A stretch of 45,952 bases of DNA from Octopus bimaculoides (GCF_001194135.2 NC_068981.1:189629739-189675690); one strand, 5' to 3'. Shown: positions 1 through 12,674, counted from the first letter of the stretch. Translations and numbers: made by a program. Notes: a model not told the origin generated them from the letters alone.

Positions 1-50
<50 letters not shown>

Positions 51-345
51 TCATACATACATACATACAAACATACACATACACATACGTACATAGGTTA
101 TTTTATATATGTGTGTAAAGAGATTATCCAATTATACCAAATGTAATGCACACAGGTTATCCCATCATATGAATCTTTACACACACACATGTGTATACAT
201 CAATACACACACATATGCATATCTGTGTGCATGTATACATACATGTGTATGTGTATGTGTGCGCGTCTGTGTGTGTGTGTATGTGATTATGTATGTAATT
301 GTGTGTGTGTGTGCGTCTGTGATTATGTATGTAATTGTTTCTGTC
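1..345. repeat. Compound microsatellite (TA)n/(TACA)n/(TG)n
   Basis: Direct reading of simple repeats; explains ORFs 109-405 and 157-537. Confidence 0.95.
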
Positions 346-849
346 TGCAAAGCCATGTTGTTTCATAATAATTCTTCGCTGTATCAGAACCGATTCTATA
401 TTTAACCCTAACCAAGGTGAATCTACCCTGCACCAATAAAGACAATATAACATCGAGAAATCAATTTTCATTATATTTGTATTTATTGCAATAAAGATAC
501 GCCTATGTTTTCTGACACCAAGTTCAACAAAGCTCATATGATATTAACAATTTATGTACGATATAATATTATTATATGTTTGGGACGAACTGATTGAGGT
601 CGTCAAAATAGACTATAATATGTAAGATGTGGTCAAAATGCTACGTTTTGTGAGGAACTTTTCCATATAATGTTTTGAACTAAATAATTGCTATCATAAA
701 CTTAAAGTAGTTTTCAGAGTCAAGCGTTTATATAGCGTTGCTTAATTGATTATCTAATACACTGGTAAGTACTGCGGCATAGATGTTAAACTGGACAGTA
801 GACAGTAGTTACAGGTTCGAATTTTGGTTGGTCTATTTGATCAAAGTTT

Positions 850-1850
850 AAATAAATTAAATTTTCTTCGGCCAAATATTGGCTTAGGCCTTGTCTAACT
901 TAATAGCACAAACTGATAATTTTTTGTGGTGTCATGACCCATTCATGTAGTGAGTTGCTTTTGATTGAGATGTACCCAGGTATAGGTGGTTTATCTGATG
1001 TCTTTGAGGAAATATGTCCAGGTTTCTTTTGAAGGTGATGGGATCATTTTTTCTGTTTTTGATTTGAAGGTGATGGGATCATTTTTTCTTTTCTTGATTT
1101 TCATTTTTTGATAAGTGTGGCCGTGCAAAAGACGAGAAGACGGAAATGATGACATCTTGCTCTCTGGACCGGAAATTCTGTGGTTCCAGGATCTCATCCT
1201 ACGAGCCATATCGACTTTACTGTTGATGTAGAATAGAGACACAGATGCATGTCTGCGACCTTTTTTTGATTTGTTTTGGGATAATGTTAAATAGAGCAAG
1301 GCCTGTTGAGGAAAACTCATTGTGTTGCAGTGTATTTATAGGTTGTGATCCTGAATTGTGATCCTGCACGTGATCCCAGACTTGGATGAATTCTGATCTG
1401 ATGTTAAGATCGTTTAAGCAATGCTGGTGGTATGTTCTCCACATTGTGAAAATGTTGTAGTGCTGACAACGTGCTGGAGAGAATAAAGATTCAGTCTTTT
1501 AAGGTTGTCCCAATAATCAAAATCAGTCATGCATTTTACTCTTTTAGTGAATGCTCTCTGCGGGGACCCAATTATCATAATGTTTTGCTTGGTATAGGAA
1601 GACCGCAGGAATAGCTGTACTCCAAGTGTGGCCGTGCAAAAGACGAGAAGACGGGATTAATGACATTTTTGCTCTCTGGACCGTAAAGTTCTGTGGTTCC
1701 AGGAGATCATCCTACGAGCCATATCGACTTTACTGTTGATGCAGAATAAATAGAGATACAGATACACGTCTGCGACCTTCACTGTATTTCTGAATTCGTC
1801 ACATTTTGATGCATAATTCTGATCATAAAATATTTGGTTCTTTTATGTGT
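850..1850 (-). mobile_element. Decayed 3' part of a CR1/Jockey-like LINE ORF2 and 3' UTR
   Basis: Minus-strand translation across frameshifts gives SFARPHLEYS, PQRAFTKRVKCMTDFDYWDNLKRLNLYSLQ, STGLALFNIIPKQIK and DPITFKRNLD, the usual motif series after the RT domain of this LINE group. Confidence 0.85.
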
Positions 1851-1920
1851 AAAGCAAGCTTACGCAGTAGACATACAAACACGTCCAATTTACTCATTTC
1901 GCTGCAGATTAAAAAGAAAT

Positions 1921-2400
1921 GATGTGGCTGTGTGGTAAGAAGCTGGCTTCCCAACCACATGGTTCAGAGTTCAGTCCCACTGCGTGGCACCTCCGGCAAG
2001 TGTTTTCTACTATAACTTTGGGCCAACCAAAGCCTTGTGAATGAACTTGGTAGACAGAAACTGAAAGAAGCCCGTCGTATATACATACATATATGTATGC
2101 ATGCATGTATGTATGTATGTATGTGTGTGTGTATGTATGTATGTATGTATGTATGTATGTATGTATGTATGTATGTATGTGCGTGTCTCTGTTTGCGTCT
2201 GTTTGTCCCCCACCATCGCTTGACAACTTGTGTTGGTGTGTTTACGTCCCCGTAACTTGGCAGTCTGACAGAAGTGACCGATAGAAATGTGCTAGGTTTA
2301 GAAAAAAACTCTTGGCGTTGATTTGTTCGACTAAAATCCTTCAAAGCGGTGCTCCAGTATGGCTGCAGTCAAATGACTGAAAGCAACGAAAAGTAAAAGA
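1921..2400 (+). mobile_element. tRNA-derived SINE family A (octopus OR-like, CORE-like block), full length with internal (TATG)n
   Basis: gtggctgtgtggtaag head, ggcacc..ggcaagtgt central block, microsatellite, gactgaaa...taaaag tail; many copies in the window. Confidence 0.85.
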
Positions 2401-3199
2401 TGACCTTAATCGATTTTCGTATCTTATTGGGGTCAAGTGATGTAGACATGTGTCTGGTGTCTCCATCATTTAACCAATCCGAGAGAAGACCATGACCTCC
2501 ACGCATCAAACGATTTTCATTTACCATTCAGCTTGTGTATATACGCGTGGCCACATTAAAAGTATTTAAATTTATCACCTTGTTCCATGTATTTCTTTAT
2601 ACCGTGTTCCTATCAAATGATATTACAGCCTTCTGAGTAGAGTCACATTAGATGGCTCCACAACCTATCCATCTAAAACATTTATACTATATATGCAAAA
2701 ATAGAGTGACTCAGAGAAACTTTTCAAAATGATTTGTGCTGAAAAATTGAGAGCTCATCTATAATGTCGTTGGCAAATCTCAAACACCGGCGTTTCGACT
2801 TGATTATGTTTTCCCAATAACGAGCACCTCTGAACATCCTGAGCTGAGTCGAAAAAATATTTATTCTGATACAGAAATCAGTGAACAAAACATTGAGTTA
2901 TTTGTGAGAAAGTTAGTTCAGCTAAAATTGAAGTCGTATACGCATGTGAAACAGCATTAGTTTGAATGTTGCTATTTAGCCTAAACAGTTCTCTAGTTTA
3001 TGTTTATTATGCATATACAAATATAGGAGGATATTGATTGCTTTACGATATCATTCCCATAATAAATCAAAGACGCCAAGTTTGAAACATCTACAGACTG
3101 ATTTCTCACTCACCTAACTATGTGTGAAAGATCTTTAGAATATATCTAAGCACGAGTACTCAGTCAAAGCAACAAAAACAGAAAAACAGCAACAACAAA

Positions 3200-3420
3200 G
3201 CTCCTATGTGCAAGATGGAACAGGTTGGAACAGCAAGCGAATCTCTCTCAATTCACGTCCTGCTACTATAAACCGAGGAATGCGTTTGATAATGTATTCC
3301 TAAATATACTCTCTGAAAAGAATGATGCGCGATGGTTACAGTTGGAATATCTTTGGTCCTAAGTTTCCTGGAGAAGTGCTAGGTTAAATAACAACAAAAC
3401 ACAACGACAACAACGACAGC
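3200..3420 (+). repeat. Dispersed repeat fragment ending in an (AAC)n tail
   Basis: aacagcaagcgaatctctctcaattcac resembles 26230-26350 (aatagcagcctgcatctccatcaaatcac); the (caa)n tail suggests a retroposon 3' end. Confidence 0.45.
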
Positions 3421-4189
3421 AACATATTTTCAGCTTAGACATTATTAATTATCCTTCAACACTGCATCAACTTTACTATACATCAATTGTGTATAGATTG
3501 TATAGATTGTGTCATTGATTTTTCCCCTTAATAAGTGGTTTCCTACTCTGCATTATCAGCCATATTGACTTCACACTAAAAGAAAAGAAAATATACAGTG
3601 TTTAGACTTTCTTCAAGGATATTATGGATGTACGCAAATGAAGCAATTCCAATTGGGCGTTGAACTTGGCTTGTTAAAATTTATGGCCTTTCACATTAGA
3701 ACTACGAAAACTTTATATAACTTTCTCTCTTTCTCTCTCCCTCCCCGCTTCTAAATCTATCTTTCTATAGATTTATATATGTTTGTCCTCCGATGATTGG
3801 TCAACTAACTTTAAACCTATTATATAATCGCCTTTATTTTTCAGTGTACAAAGAGAATAATAAAATTTTGTTACACTTGTTTAAAGTTCCACAATGAAAA
3901 ACTTTGAAACTGTAGATTAACCGCTTTGAATTTATCATAGGTTTTCTAATACGCGTTGTACTACGCATAAATAGTTATTAACTATTCAATCCTGCTGCCC
4001 ATTATTACCTGACATGCAAATCAATGTAGCCATTAGTCTAGCTAAGTTGTAGTTCGTGTTTGAATTAGAAAATAAGTATTTATTATAAGCCTTTTTCGTG
4101 GGCAGAAGAGTCAGAGGGGGACGGGATAAACTACCTGCATTAACTTGCTATAAAAGCAGGTAGTAACTTTACCTTGTCCTTATTCTTAG

Positions 4190-4453
4190 TGCAAGTTTTG
4201 AAGAGTGCAGTTCGATTTTAACAGTTATTTGTTCGAAGCTATATTGGAAGTGACAAAGGAGCATATTTGGCATATTTTGCTTTATGAGTTCAATAAAGGC
4301 AACAATGCAACGGAAAGTGCGAGGAATATTAAAGCAGTATATGGGGATTGGACAATAAGCGTAAGCCAGCGTGAATGGTGGTTCCAGAAATTCCGAGCGG
4401 GAAAATACAGCTTAGAAGACGAGCGGCGTCCTGGAAGAGTTGTAGAGCACGAC
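4190..4453 (+). mobile_element. Mariner (Mos1/SETMAR-like) transposase N-terminal HTH fragment
   Basis: ORF 4205-4528: KEHIWHILLYEFNKGNNATESARNIKAVYG...WFQKFRAGKYSLEDERRPGR is the mariner HTH signature; truncated after VEHD. Confidence 0.9.
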
Positions 4454-5700
4454 ACGCATCAAAAGACAAGCTCATTAATGAAACAGAAAATTCTGTGGTC
4501 AGCGAAAGAAAACAAAAAAATTCAGTAAGAAAAAACATGATGTAAACATATATTCAACATGTGACTGATGTATGGCCAAACGGTATTGATACGTGAGACT
4601 CTACTAAAAAGAATGCTGAAAGAATACTGGACATCCGGGGATCGTAAGGATGAAAGCGCTTATGCACAGTTATCTGTATTGGCTGAAGATGGAGAAAGAA
4701 GTTGAAAACGTAGTAAAAGCCTGCAGAGGATGTGCTCTGGTAGCGAAATTGCCTACTCAAAAATGGCAGCTTTGGCCGGGAATAAAAAGTCCATGGACAT
4801 GACTAAACATCGATTTTGCGGATCCGTGAAAGGGTTATTACTACTTAGTTGTTGTTGACAGTTTTAGAAAATGGCCGAAAATTGTTAAGTGCAAAAGACC
4901 AACTTCAGCAACGATAATAATTTATTTTGCACGAATTATTTGCAAGATTTGGCACCCCAGACGTGATTGTATCTGATAATGAAACACAAACTGTGTCCAG
5001 GGAATCTAGAAAATTCTGCGAAATGTTTACAATAGAACATAAAACGATAGCGTTTTACCATCCCAGATCAAATGGACAGGCAGAGCCTTTAGTGGACACT
5101 TTTAAAAGAGCTTTGAGAAAAGTAAACAAGGAAACCACGGACGAAGTCGCTCTGCAGAAATTTCTAAGGGTATACAGAGTGACACTGAACCCTAATACAC
5201 CAGCAGGAAGCTCACCAGCTGAACTGAAGTTCGTGAGGAAGATGAAATCAGTTTTTGATAAACTTTTTACCAGGAGAGGAAAGATAAAGTACCAGGAAAG
5301 ACAACCGAAAACTTTCCAAAATTGGTGATAAGGTGTACATGAGGTCGTATAAAAACGGAAACAATACTGGGAAGAAGAAAAAATGATGTACGGAATTAAA
5401 AGCAGAAAAACGCTATTCAAAAAATGCACAGAAACCAATTGAAGAAGAGATTCATGGAAAATGAACCAGACATATTGGAAGAACCTATGGAATGGCTGTA
5501 TGACACATTACAGATATCAACATTGTTACAGGTGGTTGAACCCACGCATACAAGTGGGAGAATAGGGAAGAAGACAGTTCCTACAAATAGACGTCAAAAA
5601 GAAAAAAATATTAAGCTGGAAAACAAAAGCGCTAAAAAGGGAAGAGGGGTGAATAAAATAAAATAAAATTACTTGCTTCCCAAAGAAGAAAAAAACTAAA
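4454..5700 (+). mobile_element. Decayed Ty3/Gypsy pol fragment (integrase Zn-binding and rve core, K02A2.6-like)
   Basis: HPGIVRMKALMHSYLYWLKMEKEVENVVKACRGC, IDFA, YLVVVDSF.KWP, LHELFARFGTPDVIVSDN, FYHPRSNGQAE; stops and frameshifts present. Confidence 0.92.
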
Positions 5701-5708
5701 AAGGGAGA

Positions 5709-6008
5709 TGTTGTAGTGAAAATGGTACACCTTTTCCCACGTGACAAAATGGTATGATAGTGTCACTATAAAGTCAGTCGTTGTAGGAAGGTCAGTTGTC
5801 GTAGAGTCGTTGTACGAGATTCTCAGTTGAGTCAGTGTCAGTTACGTGATATATACGAGTTCGCGTTAACTTCAAGGTAGGTACTTCAAAGTTATTGTCT
5901 TGCGGAGCTACCAGTGATAGCACGATAGACGCGTCAAAGATAATAAGACGCAGAATACCAGCACAATATTACAGTGGCGACAAGAATATTACAGTGTCGA
6001 CAACAACA
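5709..6008 (+). mobile_element. 3' LTR of the Gypsy element
   Basis: Polypurine tract aaaagggaga directly followed by TGTTGT at 5709; ends either at ..ttACA (5973, followed by PBS-like tggcgac) or at ACAACA (6008). Confidence 0.7.
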
Positions 6009-6039
6009 TACCAGAGGACGGGAATCCACATTATTACAT

Positions 6040-6284
6040 AGATACATATGATGTATGTATGTATGTATGTTTGTATGTATATGCATACATATACACGTGT
6101 GTGTATTTATATGTATATATATACATATATTAATACATGCTTGTGTGTGTGTGCATGTGTATGTATGTAAATGTAAAATCAAAAGGATACTCAAAGTGTC
6201 TGCTACAAACTTTGAGGCTGAGCTGATCGATATCTTTGTAAATAAGTAACGAAATAATTTAAAACAAATACAACCATAAAACAC

Positions 6285-6323
<39 letters not shown>

Positions 6324-6350
6324 ATCTCTCTCTCTATATATATATATATG
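6040..6350. repeat. Compound microsatellite (TATG)/(TG)/(CA)/(TA)
   Basis: Direct reading. Confidence 0.9.
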
Positions 6351-8392
6351 AATTGTCTGTCTTCTGCGTTATTGTTGGGTTAGCTTCCTCTCAGATATGT
6401 AAGTTATATCAAATGTCATTGAAGTGATGAAAAGTCTGTCCAGGTTTTAGTGTAGTTTTATTGTTAGTTATACTCTCTAAACTAACTTCAGTAATCTCGC
6501 AAAGATCGTGCTTTAAGAAAAAAGAAATGTAGGAACACATCTGCATTTTCCCAATTCTGTCCGTTAATACGTTAGTTGAAGTATGTAAACTATTCTAAAG
6601 TTCAGCATTTGACATTTTATTGTTGCATGTATATCGTCGACAAAGGAACTTGCCTTTATGTCAGCAGCAAGAAATTATTCTATTGAACGCATGAAAAGGT
6701 AGAATGTTAAGGTTCGATGCAAATATATATACCTATTATACGTACTGGCGCTTCATTGGTGAAGTAACACAGGATGTATTCCTCCTCCCCCTCCTCCCAT
6801 CCTCCTTGTCCTCTTCCTCACCCTCATCACCCTCATCATCAGTTGCAGCAGCATCAGCAGCAGCGGCATACTTGCCATTTTTGACACCGTTACACTTTTC
6901 CTCTCAATCAACTGTAATTTCATTTACGGAGCGAAACAACATGAGGTCTTCTCTTGCTGCTCTCAAAACAAAAACACCCTTCGCTTCCAACGTCCTCTTT
7001 GTCTATCCTCTCTGATGTTAATTCTTTTTATCATCGAATGGTATTTAACGTACTCTCTCGTAGAAGGCTGAGTATCTTTTGATTCTTCACAAAAACATAT
7101 GAATGTGTATGTATGTATATCATATATACATTAGATCGGAANNNNNNNNNNNNNNNNNNNNNNNNNNNNNNNNNNNNNNNNNNNNNNNNNNNNNNNNNNN
7201 NNNNNNNNNNNNNNNNNNNNNNNNNNNNNNNNNNNNNNNNATATATATATATATATATATACATTATATATATATATGTATACATACATACATATATATT
7301 TATATTTAGAACCGGCCGAAACTGCAAAGACGATCTGGAACTGGACTGAGAATAGAGAGTATCAAACCCGACTTAAACCATAGATCTGACTCAGGGCTCG
7401 TTCTAGGTGCGATGAAATTATTAAAATGACGTGGTTTGGAATTTACTGTCGAAATTCAGTTGCGATTAAAATGCTTCTTGTTGAAACATTGTTGACTTTC
7501 GCAAATGTGAAACCTTGGGTTCTAAAACGTTAACACAAATAGGAAAACAACAGTGATTCCCTTAAAGTACACACACACAAACACACATAGAGTGTATGCG
7601 TCTTTATGTATAAATACTTGTGTTCCTACTTCATTATTTTATATTTATTGAAATTGATAGAACTTGAACCTTTTCCTATTTAATCCTAATTTTCTCATTA
7701 TTGATTCGATGACAAATGATTATTTATGATGACCATCGCTGCTGCCGATGCTGTTGATGCTGCCGACGCTACTGGTGTTAATCACAATCGTACAGAACAC
7801 AGTCTCTCTACCTATCAATTCCGGTTCTACTGCCAATCGTTCCATTTGTGATACAAACTATAATAGTAGATCTAATAATCGCCGAAAAACTTAATTTTAA
7901 CCAAATTAGTTTATTTCCCCGAAATGTGAAAATAAAAGGAAACATATAAACTGGCAAATGAATGGAAATAAATTGGATTTATCTTTTATTAGTTGGCTTA
8001 ATTAAAAAATTCGGACATTGTTATAAAACCAGGCGAAATAATTGGGGTAGGATTTGACAGAAGTCTTCAGGTGAATCGAACAAACATAAAACACAGATAA
8101 ATACACAACATTAGTATGCTTCATCACTATCTTCATTACATCAAGCCTTCCACGACCACCACTACGCCAAGTTCTATCAACATTATTAGCACCGTACGGA
8201 CAAAGAATCCACTCTTTGGTCTTCGTTAGTTTTTCCTCTCAGACTTTGACGTCATTGATTTCCTATACGTTTGTATGCTGAAGCTCAATGAAGAAGCTAG
8301 GTTCTTTCTCCACTCAGCATCCCACAAATAAACCTTCTCTATCCTCTGTGGGAATGTGTATGTGTATGTACGGATGAATGTATTCTTCTCTC

Positions 8393-8599
<207 letters not shown>

Positions 8600-8600
<1 letters not shown>

Positions 8601-8790
8601 GGTGCAGGACATCAAAGAAATGTAGACAAAATGAGAAACGAGAACATAAAATAACAAAAACATCGAAAACGAACATTTTCTCGAATAACAAAAGAAACAA
8701 ACAAACAGAGAAACGAAACAGGCAACAATAAAGAACATTCCCTTCATCAGTTGTCCCCTGTTTTATCTACCCCGCGTTTCGAAGGCATAT
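8600..8790. repeat. Dispersed repeat beside a TA microsatellite; homologous to 42490-42660
   Basis: Shared ggacatca..aaa.atgta, ataaagaac..cc.ttcatcagttg blocks in both places. Confidence 0.55.
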
Positions 8791-8879
8791 ATATATACAC
8801 TCGCAGACTCTCGCGCACGCACAGATATTCATCTCCCTTTTTCACTCTCCTGTCTTAGAAAGAACTTTTCCCCCACCAC

Positions 8880-9100
8880 CTCCTCTTCCGGTCTTTTCAC
8901 AATGTAACCTCGTGGGCATCGGTACCATTTTCCTCTTTCTCCGTTTTTCCATTCTCCGAACTTTCCATCTTTCCGACGAAGGGCTACGCCCGAAACGTCA
9001 TACACTCTCTCTTTCCTTTCCCGGAGCGTCCAATAACACTATCCGTATCACGTCCTCACTTTGTTGTCTTTTTGTTATTGTTTTTTTGAACTTATATATA
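8880..9100 (+). mobile_element. Probable Penelope-like terminal-repeat fragment with a hammerhead-like motif; same family as 10070-10265
   Basis: Shared ctttcctttcc..gagcgtccaataac..acgtcctc block and a cgaaacgt motif preceded by a short stem-loop. Confidence 0.55.
8973..9000 (+). ncRNA. Minimal hammerhead ribozyme-like motif (U4C variant)
   Basis: CCGACGA-A-GGGC-tac-GCCC-GAAAC-GTC; perfect 4-bp stem II and GUC triplet; no convincing stem I. Confidence 0.45.
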
Positions 9101-9852
9101 TATATATATCAGAGAGATTTTAGAACTAGCGTTTTTCCGATATGTAGNNNNNNNNNNNNNNNNNNNNNNNNNNNNNNNNNNNNNNNNNNNNNNNNNNNNN
9201 NNNNNNNNNNNNNNNNNNNNNNNNNNNNNNNNNNNNNNNNNNNNNNNNNNNNNNNNNNNNNNNNNNNNNNNNNNNNNNNNNNNNNNNNNNNNNNNNNNNN
9301 NNNNNNNNNNNNNNNNNNNNNNNNNNNNNNNNNNNNNNNNNNNNNNNNNNNNNNNNNNNNNNNNNNNNNNNNNNNNNNNNNNNNNNNNNNNNNNNNNNNN
9401 NNNNNNNNNNNNNNNNNNNNNNNNNNNNNNNNNNNNNNNNNNNNNNNNNNNNNNNNNNNNNNNNNNNNNNNNNNNNNNNNNNNNNNNNNNNNNNNNNNNN
9501 NNNNNNNNNNNNNNNNNNNNNNNNNNNNNNNNNNNNNNNNNNNNNNNNNNNNNNNNNNNNNNNNNNNNNNNNNNNNNNNNNNNNNNNNNNNNNNNNNNNN
9601 NNNNNNNNNNNNNNNNNNNNNNNNNNNNNNNNNNNNNNNNNNNNNNNNNNNNNNNNNNNNNNNNNNNNNNNNNNNNNNNNNNNNNNNNNNNNNNNNNNNN
9701 NNNNNNNNNNNNNNNNNNNNNNNNNNNNNNNNNNNNNNNNNNNNNNNNNNNNNNNNNNNNNNNNNNNNNNNNNNNNNNNNNNNNNNNNNNNNNNNNNNNN
9801 NNNNNNNNNNNNNNNNNNNNNNNNNNNNNNNNNNNNNNNNNNNNATATACAC

Positions 9853-10020
9853 ATACATACGACAGGCTTCTTTCAGTTTCCGTCTACCAAATTCACTAAC
9901 AAGGCTTTGGTCGGACCAAAGCTATAGTAGAAGACACCTGCCCAAGGTTCCACGCAGTGGAACTGAACCCGGAACTATGTGGTTGGTAAGCAAGCTACTT
10001 ACCACAGCCACACCTGCGCC
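9853..10020 (-). mobile_element. SINE family A head and CORE-like part
   Basis: Reverse complement of the 1921-2090 sequence. Confidence 0.85.
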
Positions 10021-10033
10021 TATATATATGTGT

Positions 10034-10069
<36 letters not shown>

Positions 10070-10071
<2 letters not shown>

Positions 10072-10265
10072 CCGCGTGTGTATCGTTGGCGATTTTCTTC
10101 CTCCGTCTTCCCTTCTTTGGATTTGTTCTATATTTGCGATGAAGAGCTCCGCTCGAAACGTGAAATCCTCTTTCTTTTCTTTCCTTTCCTGAGTGTCCAA
10201 TAACGCAGTACTTGTACCACGTCCTCGCGTTGTTGTTCTTTGTTGCTTGTTGTTGTTTGGATTGA
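10070..10265 (+). mobile_element. Penelope-like terminal-repeat fragment with a degenerate hammerhead motif at 10136-10162
   Basis: GCGATGA-A-GAGC-tcc-GCTC-GAAAC-GTG; downstream sequence homologous to 9010-9070. Confidence 0.55.
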
Positions 10266-10270
10266 CTATA

Positions 10271-10329
<59 letters not shown>

Positions 10330-10334
10330 GTGTG

Positions 10335-10460
10335 TGTATATGTTTGTGTGTGTCCTCCCCCCACCATCGCTTGATAACTGATGCCAGTGTGTTTAAGTTC
10401 CCGTAAGCAAGCGGTTCGGCAAAAGGGACCGATGGAGTAAGTACTAGGCTTACAAAGAAT
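10335..10460 (+). mobile_element. SINE family A 3' part
   Basis: cccccaccatcgcttga..agtactaggcttacaaagaat as in other copies. Confidence 0.8.
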
Positions 10461-10863
10461 ATACATACATGCATATGTGCATGTATGTATATATACGTGT
10501 GTGTCTATGAGGTGATCTCCAACACTAATGGAAATTTAAGAGACACTTATTTTTGTAATGTGTATATATATATATTATATATTTCTTTAATATTGTTCTT
10601 TTGCTTCTTTCTTCTTCTTTTTTTCTTCTAATAAGACACATTCCAGATTTTCAGGAAATGGAGTTAAATAAGCATCTGACCAGCAACCAATATTGGACTG
10701 ATAATTAGTTTTATCAATGATCGATGGATGGTTTGTGATTTCATTGCCATTTAACGCAGAAGTAGGACAAAGCATTCGGTCTCCCGCTCGACCATTTCTG
10801 GCAAGTTGGTAACCTTTATAATGCAGAAAAAAAACACACACACACACGCACGCACACACACAT

Positions 10864-10906
<43 letters not shown>

Positions 10907-10954
10907 TGCACACACACACAGATACACACATACATGAACACATATACACACTCA

Positions 10955-11370
10955 GACGTGGCTGAGCGGAAAGAAGTTTGATTCTCAACCACATGGTTCC
11001 AGGTTCAGTCCCACTGCGTTTCACCTTGGGCAAGTGTCTTCTACTATGGCCTTGGACCAACCAAAGCCTTGTGAGTGGATGGGGTAGATGGAAACTGAAA
11101 GAAGCTTGCCAAATATGTATGTATGTGTATATGTGTGTGTTTATGTGTGTTTTTCTGTCTGTGTTTGCCCCTCACCACCGCTTGACATCCGGTGTTGATA
11201 TATTTACATCCCCATAACTTAGCGGCTCGGAAAAATCAACCAGTAGAATAAATACCAGGCTTAGAAACAAATAAATTTTGAGATCGATTCCTTCAACTAA
11301 AATCGTTCAAGGTGGTGCTCCAGCATGGCCGCAGTCTAATGACAAACAAATAAACAATAAAAGATAGAAG
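10955..11370 (+). mobile_element. SINE family A, near full length
   Basis: Head, CORE-like block, microsatellite and tail are collinear with 1921-2400. Confidence 0.85.
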
Positions 11371-11475
11371 GCACACACACACACACTCACACACACACAC
11401 ACATACACAAACACACACACTCACACATATAGATGAGGGAGAGGGAAAAGGAGAGAGATAGTTATATGTTAAATG

Positions 11476-11580
11476 AAGGCGCGTGGCGAAGTGGTTAGAG
11501 TGTTATAGGCACATGATCATAATGTCAGAAGTTCGATTCCTGAACCGGGTGGCAGTTTGTGTCATTGAGCAAAATATTTC
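11476..11580 (+). mobile_element. tRNA-headed SINE family D 5' fragment
   Basis: ggcgcgtggcgaagtggttag A-box, gttcgattcc B-box, tgtgtcattgagcaaaa block as at 19715-19965. Confidence 0.7.
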
Positions 11581-11879
11581 ATGTCTACATAGCAGAAAAT
11601 ATATACTAACTCATTGTTGGTGCAGCCCTCTGCCCTTCCAGCTGGCGCATTCCTTTTGCTAGATCAAGGTTAAACGACCCAAGAAGGGGTTTGCTCACCA
11701 ATGTCGCATTCTTACTTGCGAATGTCACCTAAGCTTATACACTTCAGACCTGTCATGTAAACACCTGCCATTTTTTGTCTACTTTTTCTCCTTAACCTGC
11801 CTCTTATTTCGTTTCTCGATTTCTGTTTTTCCTCTTTGAACTTGCTGGATAAGTTTCAGTATTCTGATGATTTCAGAGT

Positions 11880-12130
11880 GTTCAGAATGCTTTTTTATGC
11901 TTTGATACTGGTGTATCCATTTTCAGTTTCTAGCTCCTTACAAACTTTGTAGACGAAAGATCTGGCAAGTTTTAAAAATCGAGATATTTCTAAATCGCTG
12001 TGCTCAGCCTTTATAACCACAATAACAGCATGCCTCTTCATTTCTTGAGTAAGCTGAGGGTTACACAGAGTTAGTAAAAAAATGCAGCAATGACCCCCAA
12101 AATGTTTGTCTTCAAATACCTTACACACCC

Positions 12131-12132
<2 letters not shown>
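11880..12132 (-). mobile_element. Tc1/mariner 5' end (CAGGGTG terminus in a TA run) with N-terminal transposase fragment
   Basis: Minus strand ta-cagggtgtg terminus; translation MKRHAVIVVIKAEHSDLEISRFLKLARSFVYKVCKEL is HTH-like. Confidence 0.75.
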
Positions 12133-12180
<48 letters not shown>

Positions 12181-12230
12181 TACATACACACATACATACA
12201 TATACATACATAGTATATATCTATATACAT

Positions 12231-12261
<31 letters not shown>

Positions 12262-12289
12262 GGTGTGTGTCTGTGTGAACTTGTATCTG

Positions 12290-12530
12290 TCGGTTCCGAT
12301 CGATCAACAAAACGGCCTGCTCATTGGAAATTATCGTGCAAGTGGCTGACCACTCCACAGACATGCATTCCCTTAGCGCATTTCTCAGGGTAACTCAGCC
12401 TGTCACAAATCTCACTCAGATCAACTTTACCTTTCAATAAAAATGAAATACTAGTCAAGTACCAGGGTTGATGTAATCGACATGACCCCATTCCTCAAAT
12501 TGCTGGCCTCGTGTTTAAATCTGAAACAAA
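12290..12530 (-). mobile_element. SINE fragments (family D 3' region plus a family B-like tail piece)
   Basis: gcctgctc..gaaatt..cgtgcaagtggctga.cactccacagac shared with 13005-13272 and 30375-30670. Confidence 0.65.
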
Positions 12531-12674
12531 ATGAGCTTGACGTCTGCTACCATTTTTAAAGTATCAGTTTCGTCAGGGATTATAATCTGGCCGCGTTAGT
12601 TGAGAGAATCACATCCACACCAACAACTAGTGAATTCATCATGAATATGAAGCTCAATCAGTCATGGCTTATAA

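Noticed and set aside
8725-8785. CTGATGA and GAAAC in permuted order on the minus strand (also 42610-42660)
   Set aside because: No stem I pairing, weak stem II and a non-NUH triplet; not called as a type II hammerhead.
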